DNA of 60,016 nucleotides, counting the filler, from Sphacelaria rigidula (lineage: Eukaryota): the NCBI GenBank assembly GCA_964200075.2. It is 5 parts of 5 records of this genome, joined end to end, with 100 filler letters (N's around TTAATTAATTAA, not from the genome) between each part and the next. Parts side by side here need not be neighbours in the genome. Positions count along the whole stretch, not along the records: positions 36,071 to 47,993 come from CAXNAA020004333.1; positions 48,094 to 60,016 come from CAXNAA020004334.1; 3 more parts are not named here. One strand, written 5' to 3'. A program made the translations under genes and the position numbers. Below the pieces are notes generated by a model. That model was not told where the DNA came from, did not search any database, and saw only the letters and a list, made by a program, of their open reading frames with translations. Positions 39,001 through 50,850 of the stretch are shown in pieces; position 1 is the stretch's first letter, and the number at the start of each line of letters is the position of its first letter.

Positions 39001-39160
39001 CTTCCGAGTCTGCTCCCGTGTGCCATCGCATTGTTGCCCTTTGTTGCCGCCACGTGTTTTGTCACCGTTTCCCATGTTCTGGGGAGGGGAGACGGGTGGG
39101 GATCCGACCGCACTCTTAAATGTCACGAATTGAGCAAGCATGGAAATATCTGTCATCAAA
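36071..39160 (-). pseudogene. Decayed Cys/His-rich coding remnant, possibly transposase-derived
   Basis: Several broken protein-like frames (RACSCKRRH, PPWLLLDGTVCG, DELFNMMDFMRG) with stops and frameshifts; family not established. Confidence 0.25.
37761..38051. repeat. Tandem duplication, about 125-155 bp units
   Basis: GACGCTGCAAAAATGGGCGAGCG...GCATGACCAGCCTG at 37761-37886 and 37898-38051; second copy has an about 29-bp insertion. Confidence 0.9.
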
Positions 39161-39261
39161 CGTGTACAAACACATCATATTGCCAAAATCAAGAACGACT
39201 TTAGGGTTTGGTGACATTTGTGGGGTGTCTCTTCAGCCGAGTGACCACAACCGCGCCGTTA

Positions 39262-40165
39262 CTGTAGTCAGCGTCAGAAGTATGCAGAATTCGTAATTTC
39301 TTAGTTTTTCAGAGACTTTCCGAATTTGTTTCGCTTGCCACCGCTCATCACAGTCACTGTTGGATTCCGAAAAATGGGCATCTGGAGATATTTTAATCCT
39401 CTTGACAAATATTGAAGGAAAAAATATCTGCGATCAATATTGAATTACTTACGGGCATGACCGATCTTCGGGGGTCCTGCGAAAGTGCAACCCCAGGTTC
39501 TGGCTTTTTGATATTTTCGATGGATCGACGCGATCCCGATCACATAAATGAAGACTCAGACATAATTATTTTTTTGAAATTCCTCCTATTCACTGTGCTA
39601 AAGCCGGAAAACCATGTTTGTTTGACCATTTACGGTCAATAACACCCTCCTGATAAACGAAGTATTTACTCCATATCGCCCCCACAACACCAACTTGGGC
39701 ATTGTGATTTGAGTACGGTCTGCTTATTTTGCCAAAACTATCGACGCTCGCACTTTCGAGTGCTCATGGAAAATGTTATGCGAAAATAAACCCAAAAGAG
39801 GCCATCCGCAGAAAATGCTAGAATGAGGTCTGTGCAGTATAGGAGGGAAACACGATCTCGATCGTTCTTGTGAAGAGTTAGTTGTATACGTATTAATTTA
39901 TCTGAATATTTACCGTTTCGTTGCGGAAGAGCCGGAAAACTGTTTTTATTGGACCAAAAACGTTCAACAGCACCCTCCTGATAGACGGGGTATCTAGTCC
40001 ATATCGCCCCAAAAACACCAACTTGGGCATTGCAGTTTGAGCGCGGCCCACGTTTTGCCCCTAAATCTACCGGCGCTAGCACTTTCAAGTAGTTATGAAG
40101 GATAGTATTCGAGAAAAACTCAAAAACTACAACAACTGCTCTGAAAATTTCCGATGCTGACTGCT
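39262..40165. mobile_element. Tc1/mariner-type non-autonomous element with internal direct repeat
   Basis: TAGTCAGCGTCAGAAG / CCGATGCTGACTG ends; internal repeats about 39640-39720 and 39970-40050; same terminus at 59951-60016. Confidence 0.65.
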
Positions 40166-41044
40166 ACACAGTTTACCATATGCCATATGCACGATGCGCA
40201 CGTGCCAAGACGCTGCCAGCGATCGGTAGCGACCAGGAATGACATACATGCAACGACCATTTGCGGCTTTTCAACATTCTTTTCTTCAGAAATCTCACAC
40301 CAAAATGTAGTACTCCACAATGCACTGCACCTCCACTATACGGTATACTCACGCAGCACATCATGGCGGAAAGGAGGGGGCACAGCAGTGCCGTCACGAC
40401 GATGCCACACATATATTGGCTTTGACACTATTTTTGGGATACGTATATACGTATTTGGCGGTTGTTGTGTTCGAGGCTGCGTATCTCAATAACGCAGGCA
40501 TCAATTCAAGACAAAAAAAGGTCTCGGTGTCACAAATCCCTCGAAGTTTTCGGATTCTGACTATATTCCGGTTAGAAGAAAACAGCTTCCAAAAAGACAA
40601 CCCGGTAAAAGAACATGTTATGAAGGGCCAACGGTGTGTTCGTGCACTTTACTATAATCACATGAAGCTCTCGGCCACAGCTTTAGTTTGAGCCATCTGG
40701 CAAAGTATTCCTGCGTGTGTCAGTGACGTCATCGTCGTTGTGCTGGGGAAACGGTCCCCAACGACAAGATGACCAACAATAGCAACAATAGCAACAACTG
40801 TTCCAGGTGGAGGAGAAAGGAAGCACGTGGTTGATTCAACAAAGCGCTTACATCGTACATCAGGCAGCTTATGTACGCCGCAAAGCGAAGTTAATGCAGA
40901 ACCTACAGCGATATATAACCACCTCTGTCAGTCATCACATGGGAGTTGGGATGCCAATTTTTCACGTTCACTACTGCCATGTTTACAGTCCATCGTAGTG
41001 CTCGCCCCAATGAATGCGAGCACGTGACGTCGTACACAACGCAC

Positions 41045-41141
41045 CTCGTCCTCGCGCCGCGCCGCCTCATCAGCAGAGGTGATCAAGTCACCCGAGTAGA
41101 GCAGCACCTCGCCAGCATCAAGATTCACAGCGTTTGCAACT
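41045..41141 (-). CDS. Isolated exon resembling a SET-domain segment
   Basis: VANAVNLDAGEVLLYSGDLITSADEAARREDE| resembles 'I..GE.I.EY.G.LI...EA..RE'; donor GAG|GTGCGT; other SET motifs not found. Confidence 0.35.
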
Positions 41142-43409
41142 CTTGTTGCGCAAGAGGCGTGATTGGCGGTAGCATGGGGTTACATGAAGCACCATGTCAG
41201 CGAAAAACTACGGGCTGGTCCCAGCTAAAACGACCAGAACGCATCTCGGGTATGTCTAACTCGATCGTTCTTAACAATCAATACTTGAGTTGTCAGAGCT
41301 AGAATCGGGAATTTTTAGAGTAGAAGCGAATCGATGGTCGAAGTCATTACCTCCCGTTTAGTCAGTCCCGTGTTCGTACACAAAAAGGTTCATTCTCCAT
41401 GTTCGGACCAAATATGTGTGTACACCTCCCAGGAAAAAAAAATCGACGCGCCCCTCTCCCGAAATTTCAGGTCCTACTTGAGAAATTCGAGCGAGAAAGC
41501 TGAGATGACTACGACCCAACGAGCTTGGCTTCCACATCACGTACCGTACATCGTTCAACATGTGTCCGGGAACGTTGTTTCGGAAAACATTTCCTCAGAG
41601 CGGCGATGAGTGAAGAGTCAAATCGAAATGCAGTGGGTGGTCCCTAATAAAGCCGGCCTCTGGAAGGCCGATCGCTTTGCAAGGCCTTGAACATTTCGGT
41701 ACACGGTCATATAAGGGGCCACATTTTCAGCATGGCCATTTGGTTGTCTATTGCCTGGGAGGTGCCCCCTGCAGATGCCTGTGAGCGTGTTTGTTCGAAA
41801 ACATTGTTGCACTGACTGTTCGCACATCGTCATCTACAGTTCAGTAGGGGAAATACATCTGACCGGGGGACTGAACTGAAGACCCATGTGCCGAAGTGTC
41901 CCACGCCGTCACGTTTCTTCTCTCCGCAGGGCAATATTTTCGTCTTCGTACATGGTCTGATTTAGGGGCGCAATGTTGTGGTCCATACCTGTATGATCTT
42001 TGCTCTTGTTTCTTTTATCTCCTGGTTGCCTCCACGTGCGTGCTACGACTGCTGCAGGGCTATAGCCTCTACTTCGGCACCGAAGTATATACTGTAGCGA
42101 GCGTTGGCTACATCACCTCTTTTTCATGTACACGGTGAAGGAATAGATGGCGCTCAAGTGTCCTTGTTGCGTACCGAAGTAATTTGCTCCTAAGGTATTC
42201 TTCCAATCGCCAATTCCGAGGAAGCAGATATTGAGAGTACTGTAGCTAATCATATACCGTACTGATAGGCAGGACCCAACGTGAATATCATGAAGCAGTA
42301 GCCCACGAGCATCCACCTTTCTTTTAGATGACATTTCATATTTCTGGTAATAATCCAGCAATGGTTAAGAGCACATCGTATCACAGCCGGTGTTTTTATG
42401 CTCCCATATATCGATATTAATAACAACATAGTGCACAGTGACAAGCCCCTTTTCAAGGCCTTTCTTTTTGTTGGCACATGCGGACCTTACAAGGAGCCAC
42501 TCACTGTAGATTCACTTTTTCTAATGATATTAGTAGCATCCTAGTGACAGTTACCGACGCGCACATGAAGCTCCAGGACAGCCGAGCACGAAACCACTTT
42601 TCTGGATTGTTTGAATAGTTCGGCGGATGAGGGTCCACCTCAAGTGTCGATGCAGGGAAATGAATATACTTGGATGTTGTTGGTATAAATGTAACATACA
42701 TATCTTCATACCGCTTGATGACGCTGTTTGCCACGTAAATGAGTGTGAGGGTGTGTGAAACACGTCCATGTATTCCTCTGTTTTGTGCAATCAAGCACCC
42801 CCACTGTGGAAGGATTACTTGGTTCAAGTACTTTCTGGACGTGACTCGTGGTTTCCTCAGGTCGGGAGGAGGGACGCGAAGTTACCAATTTCCCAGAAGG
42901 AAATATTTTCACCAAGACGCGTACCGGAGTCCAAGATTATGGTAGATTGCGTGTAAAAATATCAATTGTCAAAGGCAGTGTGTGTCGGGTTGGGGTACTA
43001 CACCTTGACTACAAATTAGGCACAGCATTGAACGATGTCGTAGATGATTCAGCTCCTTCGTGCATTTAGTGTTCCCGAAGACTCACGCCCCTCCTATCGT
43101 GGGATCGCTTGTTTCTGTATTGAACGATGGCAGCAGAACTATATCAGCGATGTAGGGTAACTTCGAAGAACGGGGGATTGATTTATCGACTGTCGCACAC
43201 CAACGCCAACAGGAACACGAACTGATCCACTATGAATTCAGCCGAGGCCACAATATAAATGTGCCCAAGGTAAATAAGGGAAAATCTGGCCACCCTTGCA
43301 GTAAACTCGAGAAAAGGGTCAAACTGAAGAACGGAGAAGGCGTTGGGATAAACTGAACAAACAACAGGAAAACAAGGGTCATAGACAAAAGTGCACACGT
43401 CGGACAACC

Positions 43410-43804
43410 CATGAGTTAACTAATTTATGCTGTATAACACACCCGGCCAGACTGTGCACCGCTGAGTTGTACAGTATAACTCACCCTACCGCTGCGTTAT
43501 ACTGTACAACTCACTTGACCAAGATATGCATCGCTGAGCTATAGTTTCGGCTGGAATGTGCACCGCTGAGTTATAGTCAATGACTCACCTGGCCAGATTT
43601 TGTATGGCTAAGTTTTAGTCTATAACTCACCCGGCCGGAATATGTGCACCGCTGAGTTTTAGTTCAAAACTCACCCAGCCAAAATGGGCACCGCTGAGTA
43701 ATCCTGCCATGACTCACTGGTGAGTTATTGGAAAATGAGGAATGAGGAACAACTCACCCGACCGCAAACACGCAGAAAACAGTAGTCGACACTAGTCACT
43801 CATG
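43410..43804. repeat. TIR element filled with degenerate 42-bp hairpin repeats
   Basis: CATGAGT..ACTCATG|TA ends; about 7 degenerate units of TATAACTCACC..GCACCGCTGAGTTATAGTT; terminal palindrome ACTCACTGGTGAGT. Confidence 0.8.
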
Positions 43805-43919
43805 TAAGAGTAAACGCGTGATCACGTGACGTCTGCTGGTACACGTAGCGTGAGAAACCTCGGAGTATATACACATATATCAATACTGCCGCAGGTGTAA
43901 TATGAAAAGATGTACATTA

Positions 43920-45232
43920 CAGTAGAGGTCCCGGTTTAGCGGTTCAAGGTTCGGCTGGCACCGTTTTACCCCAGTTTAGCGGTTGTATGACCGCTAAACC
44001 GGACGGTTGCCGGTTCAGCGGTTATTTAGGGCGGTTTCAGCCGGAATAGCGGTTGTGTGCCTCGCAGTACAGCGGCAGTGCAGCAGCAGCTGCGGAACCC
44101 CTGCTGCTGTAAACACACGACACACACAGCTAGCTACACACAGCACTGCGAGCGGCAGCTGCCCGTTGAAATCATGCCGTACGCGGCATTAGAGTTCTGC
44201 AAATTTCAAAACATGACACCAACTGCACGCGACGGGCATCCGTGCCGCGGTGGGTGTGGAGGCCGCCTCCACGGCTGTCGCGGCGAGGTGGAGGATCCTG
44301 AGGGAAACGAGATGAATCGCATTTACCAGTCTTGCTCTGGAAAAGCTAACGCTGCTCCAAGCGACACTGCAAGGGGCAGCTTGTGCGGCCAAGCGCAAGA
44401 ATCTACAGAGAGAGGGCTCTTCTGGCGAAGGGCTCGACTCCGAGGACGTTAAGAGTGCGGGGGAAGAGTTGTCGACGGCACCGCCGCCGTTCTCGGATAT
44501 CTCGTCTCTTTTTGGCAAGCTAGAGCAGTACGCAGAGTCGTGTGGTATCGGAGAAGCAGGGTTCCATCTTTGCAAGGCGAAGATATCATTTCTCGCAGCG
44601 TACGCCTCTAGACCAGCAAGGCAGACAGACATTGGGGCCATGTTTTCCAAGTCGTAGTCGATACTGCTCGTCACCCGATGCACAAGATTTGATTGAACAG
44701 TTTGTTTTGTTTTGTTGAAGTGTAACTTCATGCTTCAAGTGGCGCGCCGCGCTTTTGTGTGCCCCGTGTGCAGCAGCACACACGCTGTACCAGACACGTG
44801 TTAGCAAGAAGACTAGCCGTAGCGTACAGGAGAAGGGGGTATCCAGCAGTTGTGGTGTACACGTATCAGAATGGTGAAATGGTGTGAGCCAGGTACGGAG
44901 GGGCTACAGTTCTCTGTATGATTCTTTTTACTTCGAAGTATACGTTTCGGTCTAAATTAGCAATATCTTGTACACGACCGCAGCTGAAGTCGTACAATTG
45001 GTTCTACTACTGCAATACTGTACTGCTATATACAGCAGCCACACATGACGCTATCGAAATTACATATGATCAAACGCAACGCTGCTCTTATGCCGAATTG
45101 ATGGGGTATCGCCCGGTTTAGCGGTTGCTACCCCAGAACCAGGACCGAGAACAGCGGTCAAGAACCGCTGAACCGGTTCAACGGTTATTTCTCGTTTTGA
45201 CACTAGGGACCGCTAAACCGGGACCTCTATCA
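43920..45232 (+). mobile_element. Pogo/Tigger-like internally deleted DNA transposon
   Basis: TA|CAGTAGAGGTCCCGGTTTAGCGGT ... ACCGCTAAACCGGGACCTCTA; subterminal AGCGGTT/AACCG repeats; residual peptide ending ARQTDIGAMF (pogo-like QxxIxxFF tail). Confidence 0.75.
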
Positions 45233-45436
45233 TATACGAGTATAAAATACCAAAATATGACCGATTATTACGGTTTGTTTTCTGGGGGGGGGGGGGGGTC
45301 ATGTGCCGTAGCACCGCTGGAGTCCGTGGTGGGTACCATAGTAGACGATCGTATCGTGTGTCGCATGCAAGGCAACTCTCTATGATCGTCGTGCATGCGC
45401 CAAGCGTGTGTGTGTGTGTGTGGAAGGGGGGGTGTC

Positions 45437-46853
45437 ACACAAGCTGAGGGGTAAAGACGAGCTATCTCAATAAAACTCAGAACTTAGATCACAAAAGCGA
45501 GTGATGTGGCCGTGTTATGAGTGAAGGGGTAAAGATCAGTCATCTCCGAACTCCGAACTCCGAACACAAAACTGAGTGACAAGGCTATGTTACACGAGTT
45601 CGGAGGTAAAAGTGAGCTTTTTCAGAACTCGGAACTCAAAAGTAGGAGGTATAGATCATGGTAGAATTAGTTGTTTCCGAACTCATAACACATAACTGAG
45701 CTCCAGATCACTCTTTTTATTCTTTGATTTTCATTCTACATTTCATCCGGCCAAAATGTGCACCGCCAAGTTATCTTCCATAACTCACGTGGCCAAGATA
45801 CACATCGATGAGATATACAGTATAACCTACCCGGCCAGAATGTGCACCGCTGAGTTATACTCCCTCTGACCGATAAAATAAGCAAGGTTTGAGTGTACGG
45901 TAATATAAGCAAGATTTGTATGATATTGACAGGAACGTGCCATCTGGGCACGGTGGACGTCGGACAACCTTGGCGTACGATCAGATGTCATTTTGGAGAG
46001 AGAAATAAACATCCTCTCGATAGGGGGGGGACGGTGCGTTACCATCCCCTGATCGTGGATGGCGGAAATCTGGACCGTGCCGCAGAACCCCGTCCCTGCT
46101 GCCGGCGAGAAGATGGCGAATTAGCTGCTCTCTCCGAAATGTTGAAATTCTTGCGTTTCTGCCCCTGAGAGGCACTCCCAGCAGCGGACACGTCCCATCA
46201 GCGGATCGAAAGGCGTTTGACCGGGGCTTCAAAGTTGGGGTGGTGAAAGCGGGCGCCGTCTGCTGCGGTGGAACCCATTTTTTTCCTTGCCCTTGGAAAA
46301 AACAACGGTTCTGCACGCTGCGCGCCAGCGCGGTGGAATAAAAAAAACGTTCCGAAAAATAGTTCTGTAGACCCGACTTAGACCGCATTTTTGTCCAAAC
46401 CTTGCTTATTTTACCGGTCAAAGGTAGTAGTTTATTACTCGCCTGGCCAGATTTTTCATCGCTGAGTTATAGTTTATAAATCACCCGGGCGGAATGTGCG
46501 CCGCTGAGTTATAGATTATGACCCACCTGGCCAGATTTTGCATCGCTGAGTTATGGTCTATAAATCACCTGGCCAGATTTTGCATCGATGAGTTATAGTT
46601 CATAACTCACCCGACTGGAATGTGCACCGCTGAGTTATAGTTTATAGTTCACCCGGCCGGAATGTGCACTGCTGAGTCAAAGTTTATAACTCACCTGGCC
46701 AGATTTTGCATCGATGAGTTATAGTTTATAATTCACCTGGCCGGATTTTACATCGCTGAGTTATGCTGTCTAACCCACCCGGCCAGAATTGGCACCGCTG
46801 AGTGATGCTGCTATAACTCACTGGTGAGTTATGCGAAAAAGAGTTAACTCGTG
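45437..46853. repeat. Element with 42-bp hairpin tandem array (about 3 units 45745-45859 + 9 units 46433-46810)
   Basis: Unit spacing 42 bp; ends AACTCGTG|TA, matching TA|CACGAGTT at 45591; left boundary uncertain (about 75-bp subterminal repeats from about 45437). Confidence 0.85.
45860..46427. mobile_element. Stowaway-like MITE inserted in the 42-bp array
   Basis: TA|CTCCCTCTGACCGATAAAATAAGCAAGGTTTG ... CAAACCTTGCTTATTTTACCGGTCAAAGGTAG|TA. Confidence 0.82.
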
Positions 46854-46899
46854 TAAACCTGAGTTGAGTTGTTGGTTGTCCGGTGTGTGCAAAAGTGGG

Positions 46900-47680
46900 A
46901 TCGACTCAAAAAGGGGTCTGCGCAAAGCACAAGTATGGCTCTGTCCGTGCTTTTCTGAAATCGATCGGAATCCAATCCTGACGCGAAGGCAAGTCGACCA
47001 CGGACGGCCTAGGCAGAGCACGGGAGTCGACCATCACAAACTTTCCGGCGCGCCCACGGATAAAACAGTGCAACAAGGGCTGCGCAGTAGGAATCCTTGA
47101 GTTCGAAAACGAGGTGGGACGACTCGCCATCTAGTATTTTTATCCTAGACCCTCTCTTTCCATGATAAAATCCCCTTTTTGACATGGTAGACCCTCTGGT
47201 GACCACTCTCCGCCCCTCAAAAATGACCTCCGCGCCACCGCACGGCAGAACATTACACAGTACCTAGAACATCTCCGCCGCATCTTTCTGCAGCCAGGAG
47301 AAATCCCCCGCACACACAACAGACCCCATCGGGATGTCTAGCCGGTTGCTTCCTCACGAAACAACGAAAAGAGTCGACAGTGATATCTCACAATTCATTA
47401 TTCTGGAACAGTTGCAGATACCCCAACACCCCAACGGAACCCAATGGGTCGGACGCCCGAAGAGTATGGCGAAACAATGCTGTAGGTGGGTGTGACTGCT
47501 TTGGACGGAGAGTATCACTTCTTCACCAGACAAGTTCTTGAACAGTATAGTCGACTCCCGTGCTCTACCTAGCCCGTCCGTGGTCGACTTGCCTTCGCGT
47601 CAGGATTGGATTTCGATCGATTCCAGAGAAGCACTAGCCCATACTTGTGCTTTGCATATACCCATTTTTGACTGAAAATG
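46900..47680. repeat. Long inverted repeat element
   Basis: 46900-47032 is the near reverse complement of 47549-47680 (e.g. CCTGACGCGAAGGCAAGTCGACCACGGACGG). Confidence 0.8.
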
Positions 47681-47993
47681 GCGTGGATCGATCCCCCTTT
47701 TGTCTGTGGTACTCTATATGATACCCACTCTTGTCCATTTTTGACCCCCTTGGTTCAAAGTGCACCAACATTCGACCATCATCGACCTTGCGCAGCCGCC
47801 GTCCAATCCACCGCACAGCACAAAACCGAACGGCCTCATAACGTCTCCAACGCTTCTTTTTACTTCGTACGGCCTGAAAGAGTGTCGGTCTTGAGTTGTG
47901 CCGTGCGTTTCGATTTATTCTGACGTATTTCACCTACGAGCTGGGCCAGCCCACAAACGGATTTAACCTGGCAGAGCAATATCTCATCACCGG

Positions 47994-48093
47994 NNNNNNN
48001 NNNNNNNNNNNNNNNNNNNNNNNNNNNNNNNNNNNNNTTAATTAATTAANNNNNNNNNNNNNNNNNNNNNNNNNNNNNNNNNNNNNNNNNNNN
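47994..48093. other. Artificial contig linker
   Basis: N44-TTAATTAATTAA-N44. Confidence 0.99.
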
Positions 48094-48584
48094 ACCCGGC
48101 GTGCTCCGCCCCGGCTTTTTAGGGATGCGATGCCAATGATCTAATGACTATGACATGCATGATCATGAGTACCCCCCCCGGTCCCCCCCCCCCAACCCCA
48201 ATAAGTTTGGTTATGCGGCGAAAGCAGAGAATTACCCGAAGGAGAACTTTTCAAAACTCTTTTCCTCAGCGGCGCTTTTCGGCGTTTCAGAGCGAGCAGA
48301 AAGTGCAATTGAAGAAGAATCTGCAGGGTGGAAGAAGACACCCGACTTCAGCTCGGAATAGCCTGTACGCTTGTATTAGCCGGAGTCGGTGCCCACATGA
48401 ATGAAACGCAAATCAGAGCCGACAAGTCATCCCCACCAGGTGTCAGCGCACCCGCCGTATTCACACATACGTTCACAGCATTCCTCCACGAATATGTCAA
48501 GCCCGGAACCCAATGGGTAAAATGGTGGAGACAACTGCCGAAGGACACAGGTGTACCGTACTGCTGTGCATGAACCGAAATGTA

Positions 48585-48670
48585 CGGTATCTCAAACCCG
48601 AGGTTCCCGGTATATTTGATTGTAAATTACAGTCAAATATAATACCCGGAACCTCGAGTCTGAGACACTG
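48585..48670. mobile_element. 86-bp hairpin MITE, TA-flanked
   Basis: TA|CGGTATCTCAAACCCGAGGTTCC ... GGAACCTCGAGTCTGAGACACTG|TA. Confidence 0.75.
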
Positions 48671-48779
48671 TAAAACCTCTGTCTGTAGTAGAGAGCAAAT
48701 GAACCTTTCCGTAGCCGGCCAAATGAACAGCTCATATGTCAACTGCTGGATATTACCAGTTCAAAATTTTCACACATCG

Positions 48780-49259
48780 GACCGCTCCTTATAACAGACA
48801 GAAATAGAAATCTGGGAAGTGCTTTTTCGGAGCTTATACGTCGTTTTACGCCCCACAAGACAGCTAGGCGGAGTTTGACACCTTGGAATGACTTGCTCTA
48901 CTGGTTGAGGCGGTTTCAGGACAACTTCCCGTTCTGCGGTGACCGCAGTTTTCATTTTGGCCGAACAAGAATTTTCGTCGAAGAGCGATAAAAAACAGCC
49001 AAATCTAGAAAAATCGCCACGTTTCTCTGGACTTGATTGTTTTTTACCGTTCTTGGACAAAAACTCTTGTTTGGCCAAAATGAAAACTGCGGTCACCGAA
49101 AAACGGAAACATGTCCTGGAACCACCTCAACCAGTAGAGCAAGTCATTCCAACGTGTCAAACTCCGCCTAGCTGTCTATTGGGGCATAAAACGACGCAAA
49201 AGCTCCAAATAAAAGGCACTTTTCCAGATTTTTATTTTTGTCCGTTATAAGGAGAGGCC
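48780..49259. mobile_element. Harbinger-like foldback MITE family D, intact
   Basis: CTCCTTATAACAGACA / TGTCCGTTATAAGGAG arms; long inverted arms of about 200 bp. Confidence 0.85.
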
Positions 49260-49434
49260 TCATCATAAGCTACACGAACATTTCTTCTTAATAGTACATT
49301 GATCCGGATAAAGAGCTAGCTCATTTGACCCCTTTTCCCGCATTTGTTACCTGCAGCGCTGGACGCCGAGTGCGCGGAGTAGCGCAATGGTAGCGCTTTG
49401 ACTTCTCGGACCCTGATGTCACCTATTTTGTGTT

Positions 49435-49689
49435 AGGTGATGCTACGGTAGGGGTGCACAAATACTTTCTGAGGTTATACTTTTTAGGAGCCCGTTGTCT
49501 CACCGAAAACACGACTTATGAAAAATATTGGAGTACCCCAGGAGTACTATTCCAGTATTCTGGGGATATCCCGGATGAATTTGCAAACGGGATACCCTGA
49601 CTCATATTCTTGTGCATCTAGAATCGTTAGGAGTTCCTGAACCGGAGAAGATTTTGCCCAAAAAGCGCACCCCCACCGCAGCATTGCTC
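49435..49689. mobile_element. Sola-like MITE copy 3
   Basis: TSD TGTT/TGTT; collinear with 10675-10930. Confidence 0.82.
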
Positions 49690-50239
49690 TGTTCTTGGTC
49701 GACGGATCTGAGAGTACTCTTCGATTACAGGCTGGGCCGCCCAAGAAGCGTCCTTTCCTTCAGCCAGTTCTAACTGACGATCTATCGCGAGTTGTGCCTA
49801 CTATCATTGCATAATCTGCAAATCAACGCGCGTCTCCCACTTCACGTAGCACTGCGATCTGACAAGTTGCTATCAAATGAAATACCAAACTGTCGTTAGC
49901 CGTGAAGCGTGGAGAGTTGAGAGTGGCATGTGCGGCGGAATTAGGGAAAAAAACGGCTGAAATCGCATTTTCGGTTACAGTCGGTTGTGCCACGGCCGCA
50001 AGGTAATGGTGCTGCACAAGTTGTGGTTGTACAACAATGCATGTCGTACTATAGGCGCGCAGTATTTGAGTTGGCACGCAGACGAGACGTCCAGCACGCC
50101 AAGATGTCTGGTAGTAGTGTGCGAACCGGTAAGCAGTGGGTGATCAGAGCTTGTAGGAAACGTCGAAGTTCCGGCTGAGGTTGTAGTCTCAAAGCAAGTC
50201 AACCAGTTCTCAGCAAAAAAAGCGCGGTTTCGCTGGTTA

Positions 50240-50850
50240 GTTTTGAGTCGTTTGCTATGAAATTTTGACACAATGTACATGAGGTATGTGCGAAGCCCCC
50301 ATCGTTTCCCCTTCATTTTTATTTTATTTTCCCCTCGTGAGTTATTGGTGGTCGAAATTTCGGATTTTTTTTTCGGTGCAATATCGTCGACGACTCATTG
50401 AAAACAAAAAATCGAGGGGCAACAGTGGGGTCTTTACAACATACCTCATGAAGAGTGTTTCAAAAGTTCGTGAAAAAATACTTGAAATTGAACAATATAA
50501 CTCGTTTCATTTTTTCGTGGCTGGTCCATCTTCACATAAGAACCGGTCTTCGACATAAACACGCGATTATGTACCTCAATTTTGGGTCGTTTTTTATGAA
50601 TTTTTTATACGATGTACAGGGCCGCATGTGCGAAGATTCCATGATCTGCCTCCTACATTTTCCTTTTTTTCTCCGTGAGTTGTTGGCGACTTAACATTTC
50701 AGAACAGTTTTCTCGGAATGAAATCGTGAATAACTCGCGAAAAAAAGGGGGAAAAGTAAGGGGCAGATGATGGAGTCTTCGCACATACGTCCTTTACATG
50801 GTGTCAAAATTCATAGAAAGCGATCCAAGATTGAGCTGCATTATCGCGTT
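50240..50850. repeat. Foldback-type element with direct and inverted sub-repeats
   Basis: ATGAAATTTTGACAC..ATGTGCGAAG at about 50256, repeated at about 50596, inverted at about 50777-50817. Confidence 0.6.

Noticed and set aside
43923..45229. hAT assignment from TAG termini and AACCG repeats
   Set aside because: No 8-bp TSD; TA|CAGT terminus and the C-terminal peptide fit pogo better
46433..46830. CRISPR array
   Set aside because: Units are homologous end to end with only two loop variants; no unique spacers, no cas genes, eukaryotic TE context
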